A stretch of 64,000 nt of DNA from Candidatus Woesearchaeota archaeon (GTDB lineage: Archaea; Nanobdellota; Nanobdellia; Woesearchaeales; GW2011-AR9): assembly GCA_016188115.1 (NCBI GenBank), contig JACPIK010000002.1, positions 1,395,771 to 1,459,770 of the forward strand, written 5' to 3'. The notes under the pieces are model-generated. The model saw nothing but the letters and a program-made list of their open reading frames with translations, was not told where the DNA came from and did not search any database. Both the position numbers and the translations under genes were made by a program. The stretch's first letter is position 1; each line of letters opens with the position of its first letter. This document shows, in pieces, positions 28,239 to 38,357 of this stretch.

Positions 28239-30047
28239 ATGCCTACAATTCATGTTCTTAGCGAAGACGTCATCAATAAAATTGCAGCAGGCGAAGTTAT
28301 TGAACGGCCTGCATCCGTAGTCAAAGAGTTAGTAGAAAACTCCATCGATGCTGGTGCAACCAAAATCACGGTTGACATTGAAAATGTAGGCAGAGATCTC
28401 ATCTGCATCACTGACAATGGGTCAGGTATGAATTCAGAAGATGCAAAACTCTCCATCATTCGACATGCAACGAGTAAGTTAAGTACAGCAGACGATCTTT
28501 TCAACATTCAATCGCTTGGATTTCGTGGAGAAGCTCTCGCTTCTATTGCTGCTGTAAGTACTCTTTCCATTTCGACAAAACAAAAGAAAAACATCGAAGG
28601 CTACATGATCACCATTCGTGGTGGTACGATTCAAAAAGAAGGTTCATGTGCTCACGAGCAAGGCACAACTATTGAAGTAAAATCACTTTTTTTCAATACA
28701 CCGGCGCGTCTCAAATTTCTCAAAACCGATGCCGTGGAATTGCGCCATATCATTGATGTAGTAACCCAATATGCATTGATTCATCCCGAAATCTCTTTCA
28801 CTCTTACTCACAATAACTCCTCTCTTATCGAGGCACCTAAAGTCGAAGATCTACGCCAACGCATTGCGTTTCTCTATGGTGTATCAATAGCCAAAGATTT
28901 AGTACCTATTCAAACCAAGGGTGATGGCTTTACTCTAAACGGTTTTTTAGGCACACCAATGCAATCACGTAATGACAAAGCGCAACAGGCTTTGTATGTT
29001 AACAAACGCTGGATTAAGAATACTGATTTACGTGATGCTGTGTATGAAGGATATCATTCGATGTTGTTTCATGGTAAACATCCGATCTTTGTGTTAGACA
29101 TCGAACTCGATGCTCAACGTATTGATGTTAATATCCATCCCCAGAAATCAGAGATCAAAATCGAACAGCGTGATGAGATTTGCAGTGCGATTACGCAAGC
29201 GGTTAAACACGCACTTTCAACGAATAATCTTATTCCTGATGTGACGCCACGGTTTGAAAATGTTAGTGGATTTTCTAAACCAAGCAAGTACTCATTTGAA
29301 AAAGCAACGCAACAAGTATTGCCGATTGAGAGAGAAGAAAGAACACGATCAATTCCACAAGTAAAAGAAAGTGCCGCAGTCTATCAACAAGACTCAGACT
29401 CTTCCTCTGCTCCTAGTTCCATTAGCAATTTTCCATTTACCTCATCTCCTGCTGAGTTTCATTCTTCTCTTCCTACAATGCGTTTGTTAGGTCAAATTCA
29501 CAAAACATTCTTTGTTGCCGAAAGTGATGGTGGAGCATATTTTATCGATCAACATGCGGCACACGAACGAGTACTCTACGAGGAATTGATGGGCGATCTC
29601 ACTTTGGGTCAAATTGCACCGCAAGTATTGCTTCAAGCAGCAGTAATCGATCTCGCCCCACGGGATGTTCCCATTGTGACACAGCATCTTTCTTTCTTAC
29701 ATCAGCTTGGTTTTACACTCGAATCATTTGGAACCAATAGTTTTTCACTCAAAACGCTTCCGAGTATCTTTGGTCGACAGCAACCTAAAGAACTCTTTGC
29801 TGACATGTTGGGCATTCTGCAAGAAGAAGGGAAAAACACGTTGGAGAAACTACGTGAAACTATTCTCACTCGTATGGCTTGTCGTGCTGCCGTGATGGCG
29901 GGTGATCCAGTCACCATCCCCGAAATGGAATTGATCCTACATCAACTTTCTCAAACCCAACATCCCTATACCTGTCCCCATGGCCGTCCAACGGTGATTA
30001 GAGTGAGCGCAGAAGAGCTCGAGAAGAAGTTTAAAAGGAAAGGGTAA
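28239..30047 (+). CDS. mutL: DNA mismatch repair protein MutL
   Basis: GHKL ATPase N-terminus 'KIAAGEVIERPASVVKELVENSIDAGAT', 'GFRGEALASI', and a C-terminal dimerisation/endonuclease region. Confidence 0.85.
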   Translation: MPTIHVLSEDVINKIAAGEVIERPASVVKELVENSIDAGATKITVDIENVGRDLICITDNGSGMNSEDAKLSIIRHATSKLSTADDLFNIQSLGFRGEALASIAAVSTLSISTKQKKNIEGYMITIRGGTIQKEGSCAHEQGTTIEVKSLFFNTPARLKFLKTDAVELRHIIDVVTQYALIHPEISFTLTHNNSSLIEAPKVEDLRQRIAFLYGVSIAKDLVPIQTKGDGFTLNGFLGTPMQSRNDKAQQALYVNKRWIKNTDLRDAVYEGYHSMLFHGKHPIFVLDIELDAQRIDVNIHPQKSEIKIEQRDEICSAITQAVKHALSTNNLIPDVTPRFENVSGFSKPSKYSFEKATQQVLPIEREERTRSIPQVKESAAVYQQDSDSSSAPSSISNFPFTSSPAEFHSSLPTMRLLGQIHKTFFVAESDGGAYFIDQHAAHERVLYEELMGDLTLGQIAPQVLLQAAVIDLAPRDVPIVTQHLSFLHQLGFTLESFGTNSFSLKTLPSIFGRQQPKELFADMLGILQEEGKNTLEKLRETILTRMACRAAVMAGDPVTIPEMELILHQLSQTQHPYTCPHGRPTVIRVSAEELEKKFKRKG

Positions 30048-30091
30048 AAGTGTCTCAAGTTTTTTAAAGAGACTATTCAAGATCAGATTGT

Positions 30092-30922
30092 ATGGTTTTT
30101 TCATTAATGCCGTTATTTGACCGCTATGTTCCTGCCGAGTTGCGTTCTAACATAAAAGAAGCATACCGAGCTTTTGAATATTTTCGCGAACGAACACGCC
30201 ATCCTTTTGAAGAACGCTTTTCTCAAATTGAGATTGAAACCAATACTAATTGCAATCGCGCATGCCGTATTTGTCCTGTACGTTCCGCACCTCGTCGAGG
30301 GGGATTGATGGAAGATAGTCTCTACGCAACTCTTTTAGATCAACTTGAAGAGATGGATTATCGAGGTCGTCTTGCACCATTATTTTATAATGAACCATTT
30401 CTAGATTCACGTCTTGCTAATCTGATGGCGAAAGCAAGAGAAAAGCTTCCTCTTGCGGAGATCCTAGTCTATACTAACGGCTCATTGGCAACCGCTCAGA
30501 ATCTAGCAGAATTAGTTGAAGCAGGTGTTGATGGTATCATTATTAGTCAGTATCAAGATAATGTGGGACGAGATGATGCCCGCCCACTCCTAAAAAGTTT
30601 AGATCCAAAAATACGACGACATGTACGTTATAGGATATTAACAGAAGAAGATCCTCTTTCTAATAGGGGTGGTCTAGTAAGAGTACGTAATCCAACGGGA
30701 AAAAATGTCTGTTTTCAGGCCTCTACCAATGCCATTGTTGATTATCGTGGTAATGTGGTATTGTGTTGTAATGATTATCAGACAACACATGTTTTTGGTA
30801 ACATAAAAAATGCTTCAATAGTAGAAATTTGGAATAAGAAAGAGTTTAAACAGGTCCGAGCTGAACTGCGGCGAGGCATATTTGAATGGGAGATGTGCAA
30901 AGAATGCGCTGGAGAGAAGTGA
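30092..30922 (+). CDS. radical SAM protein with a C-terminal Cys-rich (SPASM/twitch-like) region
   Basis: CX3CX2C 'CNRACRICP', plus additional C-terminal cysteines 'CCNDYQ...CKECAGE'. Confidence 0.6.
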   Translation: MVFSLMPLFDRYVPAELRSNIKEAYRAFEYFRERTRHPFEERFSQIEIETNTNCNRACRICPVRSAPRRGGLMEDSLYATLLDQLEEMDYRGRLAPLFYNEPFLDSRLANLMAKAREKLPLAEILVYTNGSLATAQNLAELVEAGVDGIIISQYQDNVGRDDARPLLKSLDPKIRRHVRYRILTEEDPLSNRGGLVRVRNPTGKNVCFQASTNAIVDYRGNVVLCCNDYQTTHVFGNIKNASIVEIWNKKEFKQVRAELRRGIFEWEMCKECAGEK

Positions 30923-31025
30923 GTATTTTAATCTCCGCCCCAACTTTCCTTTACGAAATCTTTATAAATCCCCCTCCCTCATTAGATCCAAATAAGAGGA
31001 TGAGACAGATTTCTCGGAGTCGACT

Positions 31026-31658
31026 ATGACTACTGAACAACTAAAAACAGGTACAACTACATTAGGAATTGTTTGTAAAGATGGTATTGTTCTTGCTGCT
31101 GATAAGCGTGCAACCGCTGGTACCATGATCGTTGACAAACGTGCTGATAAAGTCCATATTCTTTCTGATAATTTCGCCGCTACAATTGCTGGAAGTGTTT
31201 CCGAAGCTCAATTAATCATCAAACTTATTCGCGCAGAACTCAAACTCAAAGAGATGCGTACATTAAAATCTCCTACAGTCAAAGAAGCAGCAAATTTACT
31301 TGGTGGAATGCTCTATGCAAGTCTACGCCGTATGAGTATGTTTCCTGCCGTTGCTCATTTTGTCCTTGCAGGACGAGATAGCACTGGTCTTCATCTCTAT
31401 GATCTTTTTCCTGATGGCAGTGTTACTCATGTTCCTGATTATATCTCCTCTGGATCTGGTTCCGTGTTTGCCTACGGAGTTCTCGAAACACAGTACAGAA
31501 AAGATATGTCAACCGCAGAAGGTGTCAAACTCGCAGTGAAAGCAGTCAATACTGCTCTTAACCGCGATAGTGCTTCAGGAAATGGTATAGATGTTATTAT
31601 AGTCACTGAAAAAGAAATTAAGCGTGTTATGCAAAAAGAAGTTGAGGTTACTCTCTAA
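31026..31658 (+). CDS. psmB: proteasome beta subunit
   Basis: 'GTTTLGIVCKDGIVLAADKRATAG', with the propeptide/Thr1 region. Confidence 0.85.
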   Translation: MTTEQLKTGTTTLGIVCKDGIVLAADKRATAGTMIVDKRADKVHILSDNFAATIAGSVSEAQLIIKLIRAELKLKEMRTLKSPTVKEAANLLGGMLYASLRRMSMFPAVAHFVLAGRDSTGLHLYDLFPDGSVTHVPDYISSGSGSVFAYGVLETQYRKDMSTAEGVKLAVKAVNTALNRDSASGNGIDVIIVTEKEIKRVMQKEVEVTL

Positions 31659-31758
31659 GTTTCTTATTTCTTCTTTTATAGTATACATTGCTAATATTAA
31701 CTTTCACAATTAGAATTAAATTTAAATTAGATTAACGTAATTTACTAAAGGTGCACAT

Positions 31759-33648
31759 ATGGCCGATATTTTAAAAGAAGTAATTAAAGTTTTACCAGAA
31801 GGAACTATTGCTGATGCCGCATTTGAAGGGGCAAACATTGTTCTTTATACTAAAAATAAAGAGTACTTCCGCGACAATGAAGGAACTATTCGTAAAGCCG
31901 TTTCAGAGTTTAAGAAGCGTATCGAACTTCGCCCTGATCCCTCTCTTTGCATCGATCAAGAAATCGCCAAAAAAGAAATCGCGAAAATTATTCCTGAAGA
32001 AGCAGGTATTAAAGAGTTCATCTTCGACCCTCCTCGTTCTCAAGTCATAATTCACGCTGAAAAACCAGGTCTTGTAATTGGTAAACAAGGAGAACTTCTC
32101 CGTGACGTCGCCAATAAAACATTTTGGATCCCTCACATCAAACGTGTTCCTCCTATCCGTTCCAAAGTTATTGAAAACATTCGTTCTGTTCTCTATGAAA
32201 ATGCAGCCGAACGTAAAAAATTTCTCGATCGTACTGGTCATCGTATTTATGATGGTTGGTTGCGTGAGAAAAAACATGAATGGGTTAGGCTCTCCTGCTT
32301 AGGAGCTGCTCGCCAAGTCGGTCGCGCCTGTTTCTTACTCCAAACTCCTGAATCAAGAGTTTTACTAGATTGTGGTATTGATCCGGGAGAAGAAGGTCCA
32401 GAAACCTACCCTTATCTTGATGCGCCAGAATTTAACATCAGTGAAATCGATGCTGTTATTATTGCTCACTCCCATCTCGATCATTCCGGTCTCGTTCCCT
32501 ATCTATTCAAATATGGTTATCAAGGTCCAGTATATTGTACATATCCTACTCGCGATGTAATGGCTCTTCTTCAACTTGATATGATTAAAATACAACGCAA
32601 TGAAGGAAAAGAACCAATCTACACCAGTGATGAAGTGCGTCAAATGGTGCTTCATAGCATTTGTTTAGATTTTGATGAAGTCGCTGATATTACACCTGAT
32701 GTACGATTAACCTTTTACAACTCCGGTCATATCCTTGGCAGTGCTATCGTTCATCTCAATATTGGCAACGGTCTGCACAACTTTGTTTATACTGGCGATA
32801 TAAAGTATGCTCGTACCAATGTTTTAGAACCTGCCAACACACAATTTCCTCGTGTTGAGACATTGATGATTGAATCAACCTATGGTGGTAAAGACAACAC
32901 TATGAATGAACAAGAAGCAGATGAGTACATGGTTAAAATCATTCGCGATACATTTGCGCGAGGTGGTAAAGTTCTCTTACCTGTTCTTGGTTCAGGTCGA
33001 ACACAAGAAATCATGGTTATTGTTGAACGTGCTATGCGCGAAAAATTAATTCCTGAGGCGCCAGTCTATATTGATGGGATGCTCTGGGATATCACGGCTA
33101 TTCACACTGCTTATCCAGAATATCTCAGCCGCAATCTTCGTCAACAAATATTTCATCAAGAAAATAATCCTTTCTTATCCCCTATTTTCAAGCCAATTGG
33201 TTCACCAAAAGAACGTCAAGCAGTCTTAGAAAGTGAAGAATCTTGCATTATCATGGCAACCTCAGGAATGCTTACTGGTGGGCCATCTATGGAATACTTT
33301 AGGGAATTATGTTCCAATCCAAAACATACTTTGATCTTTACTTGTTACCAAGCTCCCGGCAGCTTTGGCCATCGCGTTCGTGAAGGTGAACGTGAAATTG
33401 GTTTCTCCCAAGCAGGGAAACAAGTCGTCAAAGAAGTTAAAATGGAAGTTCAAAAAGTAGAGATCACTAACCATTCCGATCGCCGACAATTGCTTAATTA
33501 TGTAAAGAGATGTAATCCCCAGCCGCGCAAAATCATTGTTGTCAATGGAGAGAGTTCGCGATGCCTTGATTTTGCAAGTTCAATTCACAAAACATTCCGA
33601 ATAGAAACGGTGGCTCCAAAGAATTTAGAAGTAATACGGATACGTTAA
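31759..33648 (+). CDS. aCPSF1 / FttA-type KH + metallo-beta-lactamase + beta-CASP ribonuclease (transcription termination factor)
   Basis: N-terminal KH domains, 'HSHLDHSG' metallo-beta-lactamase motif, beta-CASP region. Sits directly after psmB, as conserved in archaea. Confidence 0.8.
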   Translation: MADILKEVIKVLPEGTIADAAFEGANIVLYTKNKEYFRDNEGTIRKAVSEFKKRIELRPDPSLCIDQEIAKKEIAKIIPEEAGIKEFIFDPPRSQVIIHAEKPGLVIGKQGELLRDVANKTFWIPHIKRVPPIRSKVIENIRSVLYENAAERKKFLDRTGHRIYDGWLREKKHEWVRLSCLGAARQVGRACFLLQTPESRVLLDCGIDPGEEGPETYPYLDAPEFNISEIDAVIIAHSHLDHSGLVPYLFKYGYQGPVYCTYPTRDVMALLQLDMIKIQRNEGKEPIYTSDEVRQMVLHSICLDFDEVADITPDVRLTFYNSGHILGSAIVHLNIGNGLHNFVYTGDIKYARTNVLEPANTQFPRVETLMIESTYGGKDNTMNEQEADEYMVKIIRDTFARGGKVLLPVLGSGRTQEIMVIVERAMREKLIPEAPVYIDGMLWDITAIHTAYPEYLSRNLRQQIFHQENNPFLSPIFKPIGSPKERQAVLESEESCIIMATSGMLTGGPSMEYFRELCSNPKHTLIFTCYQAPGSFGHRVREGEREIGFSQAGKQVVKEVKMEVQKVEITNHSDRRQLLNYVKRCNPQPRKIIVVNGESSRCLDFASSIHKTFRIETVAPKNLEVIRIR

Positions 33649-33663
33649 ATCATACTTTGATCT

Positions 33664-34110
33664 TCATTTTTTTACTCCTGAACGATCAATTACTGCGTGA
33701 ATTTTTCTATTTTCTTGTAAATATTCCTGATTATTATTTAGGAGTGTTTCTTCTCTTATTTTGTCAATGTCTGGATTAATTGCTCTTGCTATTTTATAAT
33801 AAAGATCTGAATTCTTATTGAAAAAAATCTTTCCATTATCTGCAAGTTCAAACCAGGCAAATGCATTATAGTGATTCAATAAAATTGATTTTTCAAAACA
33901 ATAGGTATCGTTATGAAATCTACCCATTAATTTTAACTTAAGCCCTTTTTGAAACCAACCCTCTGCAGTTGAAGGATTTATTTTCAAAAAGTCTTTTATC
34001 TTTTCAACTAATCTAAAAGGAAAGTATTCTTTTCGCTTGGTTTTAATTATGGAATCTATCCCCCCTTCTATCAAATTTTCCAATTCGTTATCTTTCTTAG
34101 ATTCTTTCAT
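33664..34110 (-). CDS. hypothetical (TPR-like helical) protein
   Basis: AT-rich, 148 aa. Confidence 0.3.
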   Translation of the reverse strand: MKESKKDNELENLIEGGIDSIIKTKRKEYFPFRLVEKIKDFLKINPSTAEGWFQKGLKLKLMGRFHNDTYCFEKSILLNHYNAFAWFELADNGKIFFNKNSDLYYKIARAINPDIDKIREETLLNNNQEYLQENRKIHAVIDRSGVKK

Positions 34111-34397
34111 TTTTTTCTTTTGTTGTTTAATTTCTTAAAAATAGGGTAGGTGATTAAGACAGTTAAGATATAATAAAAAAGAGTTACCAATAAACATACC
34201 CCCAATAAACTCCAAAGCCCGTTTATTTGAGGTTTTAACTCTTCATATAAGACAAAAAACAAAGCGGAAAGCAATCCAGAAAACACTGCAATTAAGAAAA
34301 GAAAGTTATGTTCTTTGAAAGTGTACTCATCCATGATAGGTTTAAAGATCAAACGTATATAAAATTTGTTAGGAATTTTACGCAAGCAGCAGATCAA
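34107..34397 (-). CDS. small membrane protein
   Basis: Two hydrophobic helices. Overlaps both neighbours by 4 bp and 20 bp. Confidence 0.3.
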   Translation of the reverse strand: MICCLRKIPNKFYIRLIFKPIMDEYTFKEHNFLFLIAVFSGLLSALFFVLYEELKPQINGLWSLLGVCLLVTLFYYILTVLITYPIFKKLNNKRKK

Positions 34398-35127
34398 TAT
34401 ATTGTATTGGTCCTTTGTAATCTTCTCTCATAATTCGACGTACTTTATCTGCTGGAAACGGTTCTTTATACCCACGTCGACATGACAATGCATCATATTC
34501 ATCAGCGGCTGCAATGATTTGTGCATCAGTTATAATCTCTAAGTTCATCTCACGGCGCTCACGGGTTCGGCGTTCCACACCCCGACGATAATCCCACCCA
34601 GTCATGTGAGGAACACTTGTCATAAAAGAATAGCGTTCGACTTCTTGGGGATCTACACTTCGATGATAACGATGATAATTCCTAGGCATCATAACTGCCC
34701 GTAATCGTCTCTCCATTTCACGTCGTTGTCGTCCTCGTGGATAAGATCGTGATTGGAATTCATGATGTGCAACGACCATCAAAGGTACTTGCGCAATACT
34801 AAAATCACCTAATTCATTAAACCCGATTCGCGGATGCTCTCTCATTCTTCCATATTCCTCATCATTAAGAGGGCCAGGTTTAGCAAGTATACAATGCGAA
34901 ACTCCTAGTTTACCAATGTCATGCAGTGCTCCTCCATATCCTAACCCCAGCAAGCGAGCATCATCAAGCCCCATCTGTTCACCAAGATGAATCGCAAATC
35001 TACCTGTTCGTACAACGTGCCTATAGCTATCTGGATGATACGATCGAAGGCCTTTAAGACGCAATAATACTTGTGGGTCACGTAGAATTCGCTGATAAAT
35101 TATATTCCCTCGTTGTGAGAACTCCAT
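34378..35127 (-). CDS. HD-GYP-like HD-domain phosphohydrolase with an Arg-rich insertion
   Basis: 'HVVRTGRFAIHLGE', 'GGALHDIGKLGV', 'EEYGRMREHP', 'AAADEYDALSCRRGYKEP'. A highly basic ~60-aa Arg-rich insert sits between the motifs. Confidence 0.5.
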   Translation of the reverse strand: MEFSQRGNIIYQRILRDPQVLLRLKGLRSYHPDSYRHVVRTGRFAIHLGEQMGLDDARLLGLGYGGALHDIGKLGVSHCILAKPGPLNDEEYGRMREHPRIGFNELGDFSIAQVPLMVVAHHEFQSRSYPRGRQRREMERRLRAVMMPRNYHRYHRSVDPQEVERYSFMTSVPHMTGWDYRRGVERRTRERREMNLEIITDAQIIAAADEYDALSCRRGYKEPFPADKVRRIMREDYKGPIQYIDLLLA

Positions 35128-35179
35128 AGTATAGGGTGCGTCTAATTCTATAAAAATCTTACGAGAAAAATGAGTGGCT

Positions 35180-36286
35180 TTAAAGTCTTCTCACAACCCC
35201 ATTTGTTGCATCTAGTTCAATAAGATCACCGTCCTGAAGCAATGTCGTGGCATTCTTGGTCCCAACGACACAGGGTTTGCCTAATTCTCTTGCAACGATT
35301 GCGGCATGACTTAATATCCCTCCTTGATCGGTAATAATACCAACTGATTGTTGCATCAACATGACGTGAGCTGGTGTGGTCATAGGACAAACTAATATAT
35401 CTCCTTTCTCAAGATTTTTATTGTCAGTATGCGAATGTATTACCTTCGCCTTACCTTGTACCACTCCTACATGCGCACTTTGTCCCTGAAGCAACGAGCT
35501 CGAACGAGAAGAAGTAATAACGGGCATAAACAGGTTGTACATTTCAGCTAAAGTAGTATTGTAATCGATAAACCAAGTACCAAATTCATTAGAAGTTGAG
35601 GTCTCGAAATAGCCTTGAAGGTAATCCTCGAAGAATTTTGCGTTGAGTGTGTGGGTAATTTTCTTTCTTGTTACTTCATCATTGACACTGATTAACCTGA
35701 GTATCTCTTCGATTTGGTGTTGTGCATCAAGATCAGGTTGACTTAATTTTAATTGTTTTAAATCGTAGGAAAAAACAATAGGTTGCTGTGAATCATGAAA
35801 CCCTTGTGTAAGCTGATGATGTCCTCCTTTGACAATTTCACCAAAAATACCCTTTGAATTCACAATAAAAATCGTGGACCACAATGAGGTTTCTGGATGA
35901 GGAACAAAATCTGCTCGATATTTTGTAGGATCAATTTGTTGTTGGTTGAACCAAGAAATGGAATTTGATATTGTCTGTCCACGTGTGCGTAATTTTGGCA
36001 ACGCAGGGTCAGTAGGCATAAGTCTTAATGCACATAATTCTGTTCCATGCTCAGCGACAAATTTCTGAAATGCCAAACTATTCTGATCAATATCAAGAGC
36101 ACTGAATTGATAGGGTTTATCAAACGGCAATCCTATTAATTCATTTAAAACCCGAAGCCGTTCTCGCTTCTCATTATCCTCAACTCGTAATTTTTGTGCT
36201 TTTGAGTGTTTGATCTGCTCAAACCAATCTGTAAGAGAAATCTGCGTTTGGTAAAGATGAGGCAAATCCATAACTACTAGTGCCAA
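35180..36286 (-). CDS. protein with a C-terminal PEP-utilising-enzyme mobile (phosphohistidine) domain
   Basis: 'GIITDQGGILSHAAIVARELGKPCVVG'. N-terminal ~250 aa unassigned. Confidence 0.55.
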   Translation of the reverse strand: MALVVMDLPHLYQTQISLTDWFEQIKHSKAQKLRVEDNEKRERLRVLNELIGLPFDKPYQFSALDIDQNSLAFQKFVAEHGTELCALRLMPTDPALPKLRTRGQTISNSISWFNQQQIDPTKYRADFVPHPETSLWSTIFIVNSKGIFGEIVKGGHHQLTQGFHDSQQPIVFSYDLKQLKLSQPDLDAQHQIEEILRLISVNDEVTRKKITHTLNAKFFEDYLQGYFETSTSNEFGTWFIDYNTTLAEMYNLFMPVITSSRSSSLLQGQSAHVGVVQGKAKVIHSHTDNKNLEKGDILVCPMTTPAHVMLMQQSVGIITDQGGILSHAAIVARELGKPCVVGTKNATTLLQDGDLIELDATNGVVRRL

Positions 36287-36329
36287 GTTGAAGGTATATA
36301 AACTTTTCAGGGATCAAGAAGAGAAAAGA

Positions 36330-36770
36330 CTATGACTTATTTGTTGAAGTTAATCGCATGTAGTCTTGCATAATCTGATAATGGTCGAACACAAATTTAT
36401 TTTTTTCTATCTTGATTTCATCTAAACCTAATAGCATTACTCTTGTTTTACCTGCTTCATCTTTGATACTACCACTTGCAGACCCATATACTGCTGTTGA
36501 AATCTTTGGTCCACGCGGGTCTCTATCTGGAGAATCGTATATCCCTAATTCTCCTGTTATAACTAGCTCAAGACCAGTTTCTTTTCTAAATTCACGAAGC
36601 GCGCACTCTTCAACAGATTCTAATTTTAGTTTCAGTCCAGATAATCCTGAAAGATACTCCCGTCTTCCTCCGGGTAACGCATAACCTGAAGGATAGTTGA
36701 GTCTCTCTATGCATACAATTTTATCTTGGTACAAAGCGATCACATCTGCGCAATATTCAAGAGCAACCAT
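36330..36770 (-). CDS. NUDIX hydrolase
   Basis: Nudix box 'GGRREYLSGLSGLKLKLESVEECALREFRKETGLEL'. Confidence 0.7.
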   Translation of the reverse strand: MVALEYCADVIALYQDKIVCIERLNYPSGYALPGGRREYLSGLSGLKLKLESVEECALREFRKETGLELVITGELGIYDSPDRDPRGPKISTAVYGSASGSIKDEAGKTRVMLLGLDEIKIEKNKFVFDHYQIMQDYMRLTSTNKS

Positions 36771-37194
36771 TTGAATACCCCTGATTAATACTATGTATGG
36801 TATCTAAAACGGAGGGGAACAGTTTCTCCTCAATCCCAAGGAAAACTTTTTGTGGTTTCTCTGTTGCGATTCTATTTACCACATCTTCTAGCCCTACTAA
36901 GTTAGTTCTTACTACTTCATGTGTAGGGACAGAGTCGCTACTCCCATCATATGAGGAGCTTGAGTACTTACTTGCAAAATATGCAGCAACAATGTATTCT
37001 CCATTTGGATCAAAATCATTTGCTTTTCTCACGTTTCTTGCTAAGATTGGCGTGTCTTGAAGATTTGAAAGAGCAAAAGCCGTTGCCTCTTCTTTCTCAT
37101 CAAATGTTCTCAATGCATCATACATCATTCTTCCTTTACATTTTTCCATTTTTTCTCCATTCAAATCTCGTTTGAACAAAACAAAATATGTCAT
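36757..37194 (-). CDS. hypothetical protein
   Basis: 145 aa. Start overlaps the downstream NUDIX gene. Confidence 0.35.
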   Translation of the reverse strand: MTYFVLFKRDLNGEKMEKCKGRMMYDALRTFDEKEEATAFALSNLQDTPILARNVRKANDFDPNGEYIVAAYFASKYSSSSYDGSSDSVPTHEVVRTNLVGLEDVVNRIATEKPQKVFLGIEEKLFPSVLDTIHSINQGYSNGCS

Positions 37195-37230
37195 TTTTTT
37201 ACCTCCACATCTTCACCCTACTTAGCGTAG

Positions 37231-37272
37231 AAAGTACGTTAATATATAAACTTTGTGTAAAAAGTACGTTAA
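37231..37272. promoter_or_regulatory. direct repeat 'aaagtacgttaa' x2 in a divergent promoter region
   Basis: Copies at 37231-37242 and 37261-37272, with a related 'gacgtaaa' at 37287. Confidence 0.3.
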
Positions 37273-37323
37273 GTTGGCGTACAGGGGACGTAAATTTATA
37301 AACTCCCTAGAAATAAACCCAAC

Positions 37324-37935
37324 ATGGTTCAATACGAACACGCACGAGTAGCAGTTGATCCTGTAATAATTACGATTCATCAAAATCAGCTTAAAGTATT
37401 TCTTGTAAAACGTGAAAAAGAACCTTTTAAAGGAAAGTATGAACTTCCAGGCGGACTTTTACAACCAACAGAGAAAGCTGAAGATACAGTTATTCGAAAA
37501 TTGCGCGAACTAACTAGCTATAAAAATCCAATATTAACACAATTTCATACATTTACCGATCCTGAACGTGATGTGCGTGAGCGTACAATTTCCATTGGTT
37601 TTATTTGTCTTCTTGAACAAAGCACTATTCCTAATATTACTGAATTTCATCTAATAAAAAATTTGCCTTCTTTAGCGTTTGATCACAAAGAGATGATTCA
37701 AAAAGCTTTGGAATTTCTCAAATTAAATATTTCTCCCGCACTCCTAAAACACATTCTTCCTCCTTTTTTTGCTCTTAATTCTCTTCAGCTAGTTTATGAA
37801 CTTATTGAACAGCAATCATATGATAATAGGAATTTTCGAAAGAGAATGATTGCAGCTGAAATTGTAGAAGAAACAGATAAAATAGAAACTGACGTGTCAC
37901 ACCGTCCTGCGAAGTTATTTCGATTTAAAGTGTAA
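37324..37935 (+). CDS. NUDIX-domain protein with a C-terminal extension (NrtR-like?)
   Basis: Degenerate Nudix box 'GKYELPGGLLQPTEKAEDTVIRKLRELTS' plus an ~80-aa C-terminal helical region. Confidence 0.5.
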   Translation: MVQYEHARVAVDPVIITIHQNQLKVFLVKREKEPFKGKYELPGGLLQPTEKAEDTVIRKLRELTSYKNPILTQFHTFTDPERDVRERTISIGFICLLEQSTIPNITEFHLIKNLPSLAFDHKEMIQKALEFLKLNISPALLKHILPPFFALNSLQLVYELIEQQSYDNRNFRKRMIAAEIVEETDKIETDVSHRPAKLFRFKV

Positions 37936-38314
37936 TTGTTAAATTTCTTTTAATCCGCCAAGGATATATCAAAGATCCCACATATACCTCCGGACCACCA
38001 TATTGATCTGAAGTAATATCAACCAGAAGTAGATTATCTAATAGAAGAAAAGTATGGTTATATTCTCTGTATCTTCCCTGAACTATCTTTCCTCCTAATT
38101 TCTTCTGCAAATATACTGTTGCTAATCCACAATTAAGTGTAGGAAATAATTCTTGTGCTCTGAGAAGAAATAACTCAATATCTTCAATGCAGGTATATTG
38201 TTGGTATAAATCACGTAATTCATTAGAATTAATGGTGCCCTGCTCAAAGTCTTTACGAACCGTCAAAGCAACTTTTCTAACTCTTTCAAGATCCATGAAA
38301 GTAATTTGGCTCAC
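37925..38314 (-). CDS. hypothetical protein
   Basis: 129 aa. No motif. Confidence 0.3.
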   Translation of the reverse strand: MSQITFMDLERVRKVALTVRKDFEQGTINSNELRDLYQQYTCIEDIELFLLRAQELFPTLNCGLATVYLQKKLGGKIVQGRYREYNHTFLLLDNLLLVDITSDQYGGPEVYVGSLIYPWRIKRNLTITL

Positions 38315-38357
38315 TTAGATATAAAATTTTATAAACAGCTCTAAAAACAACCCTCTT

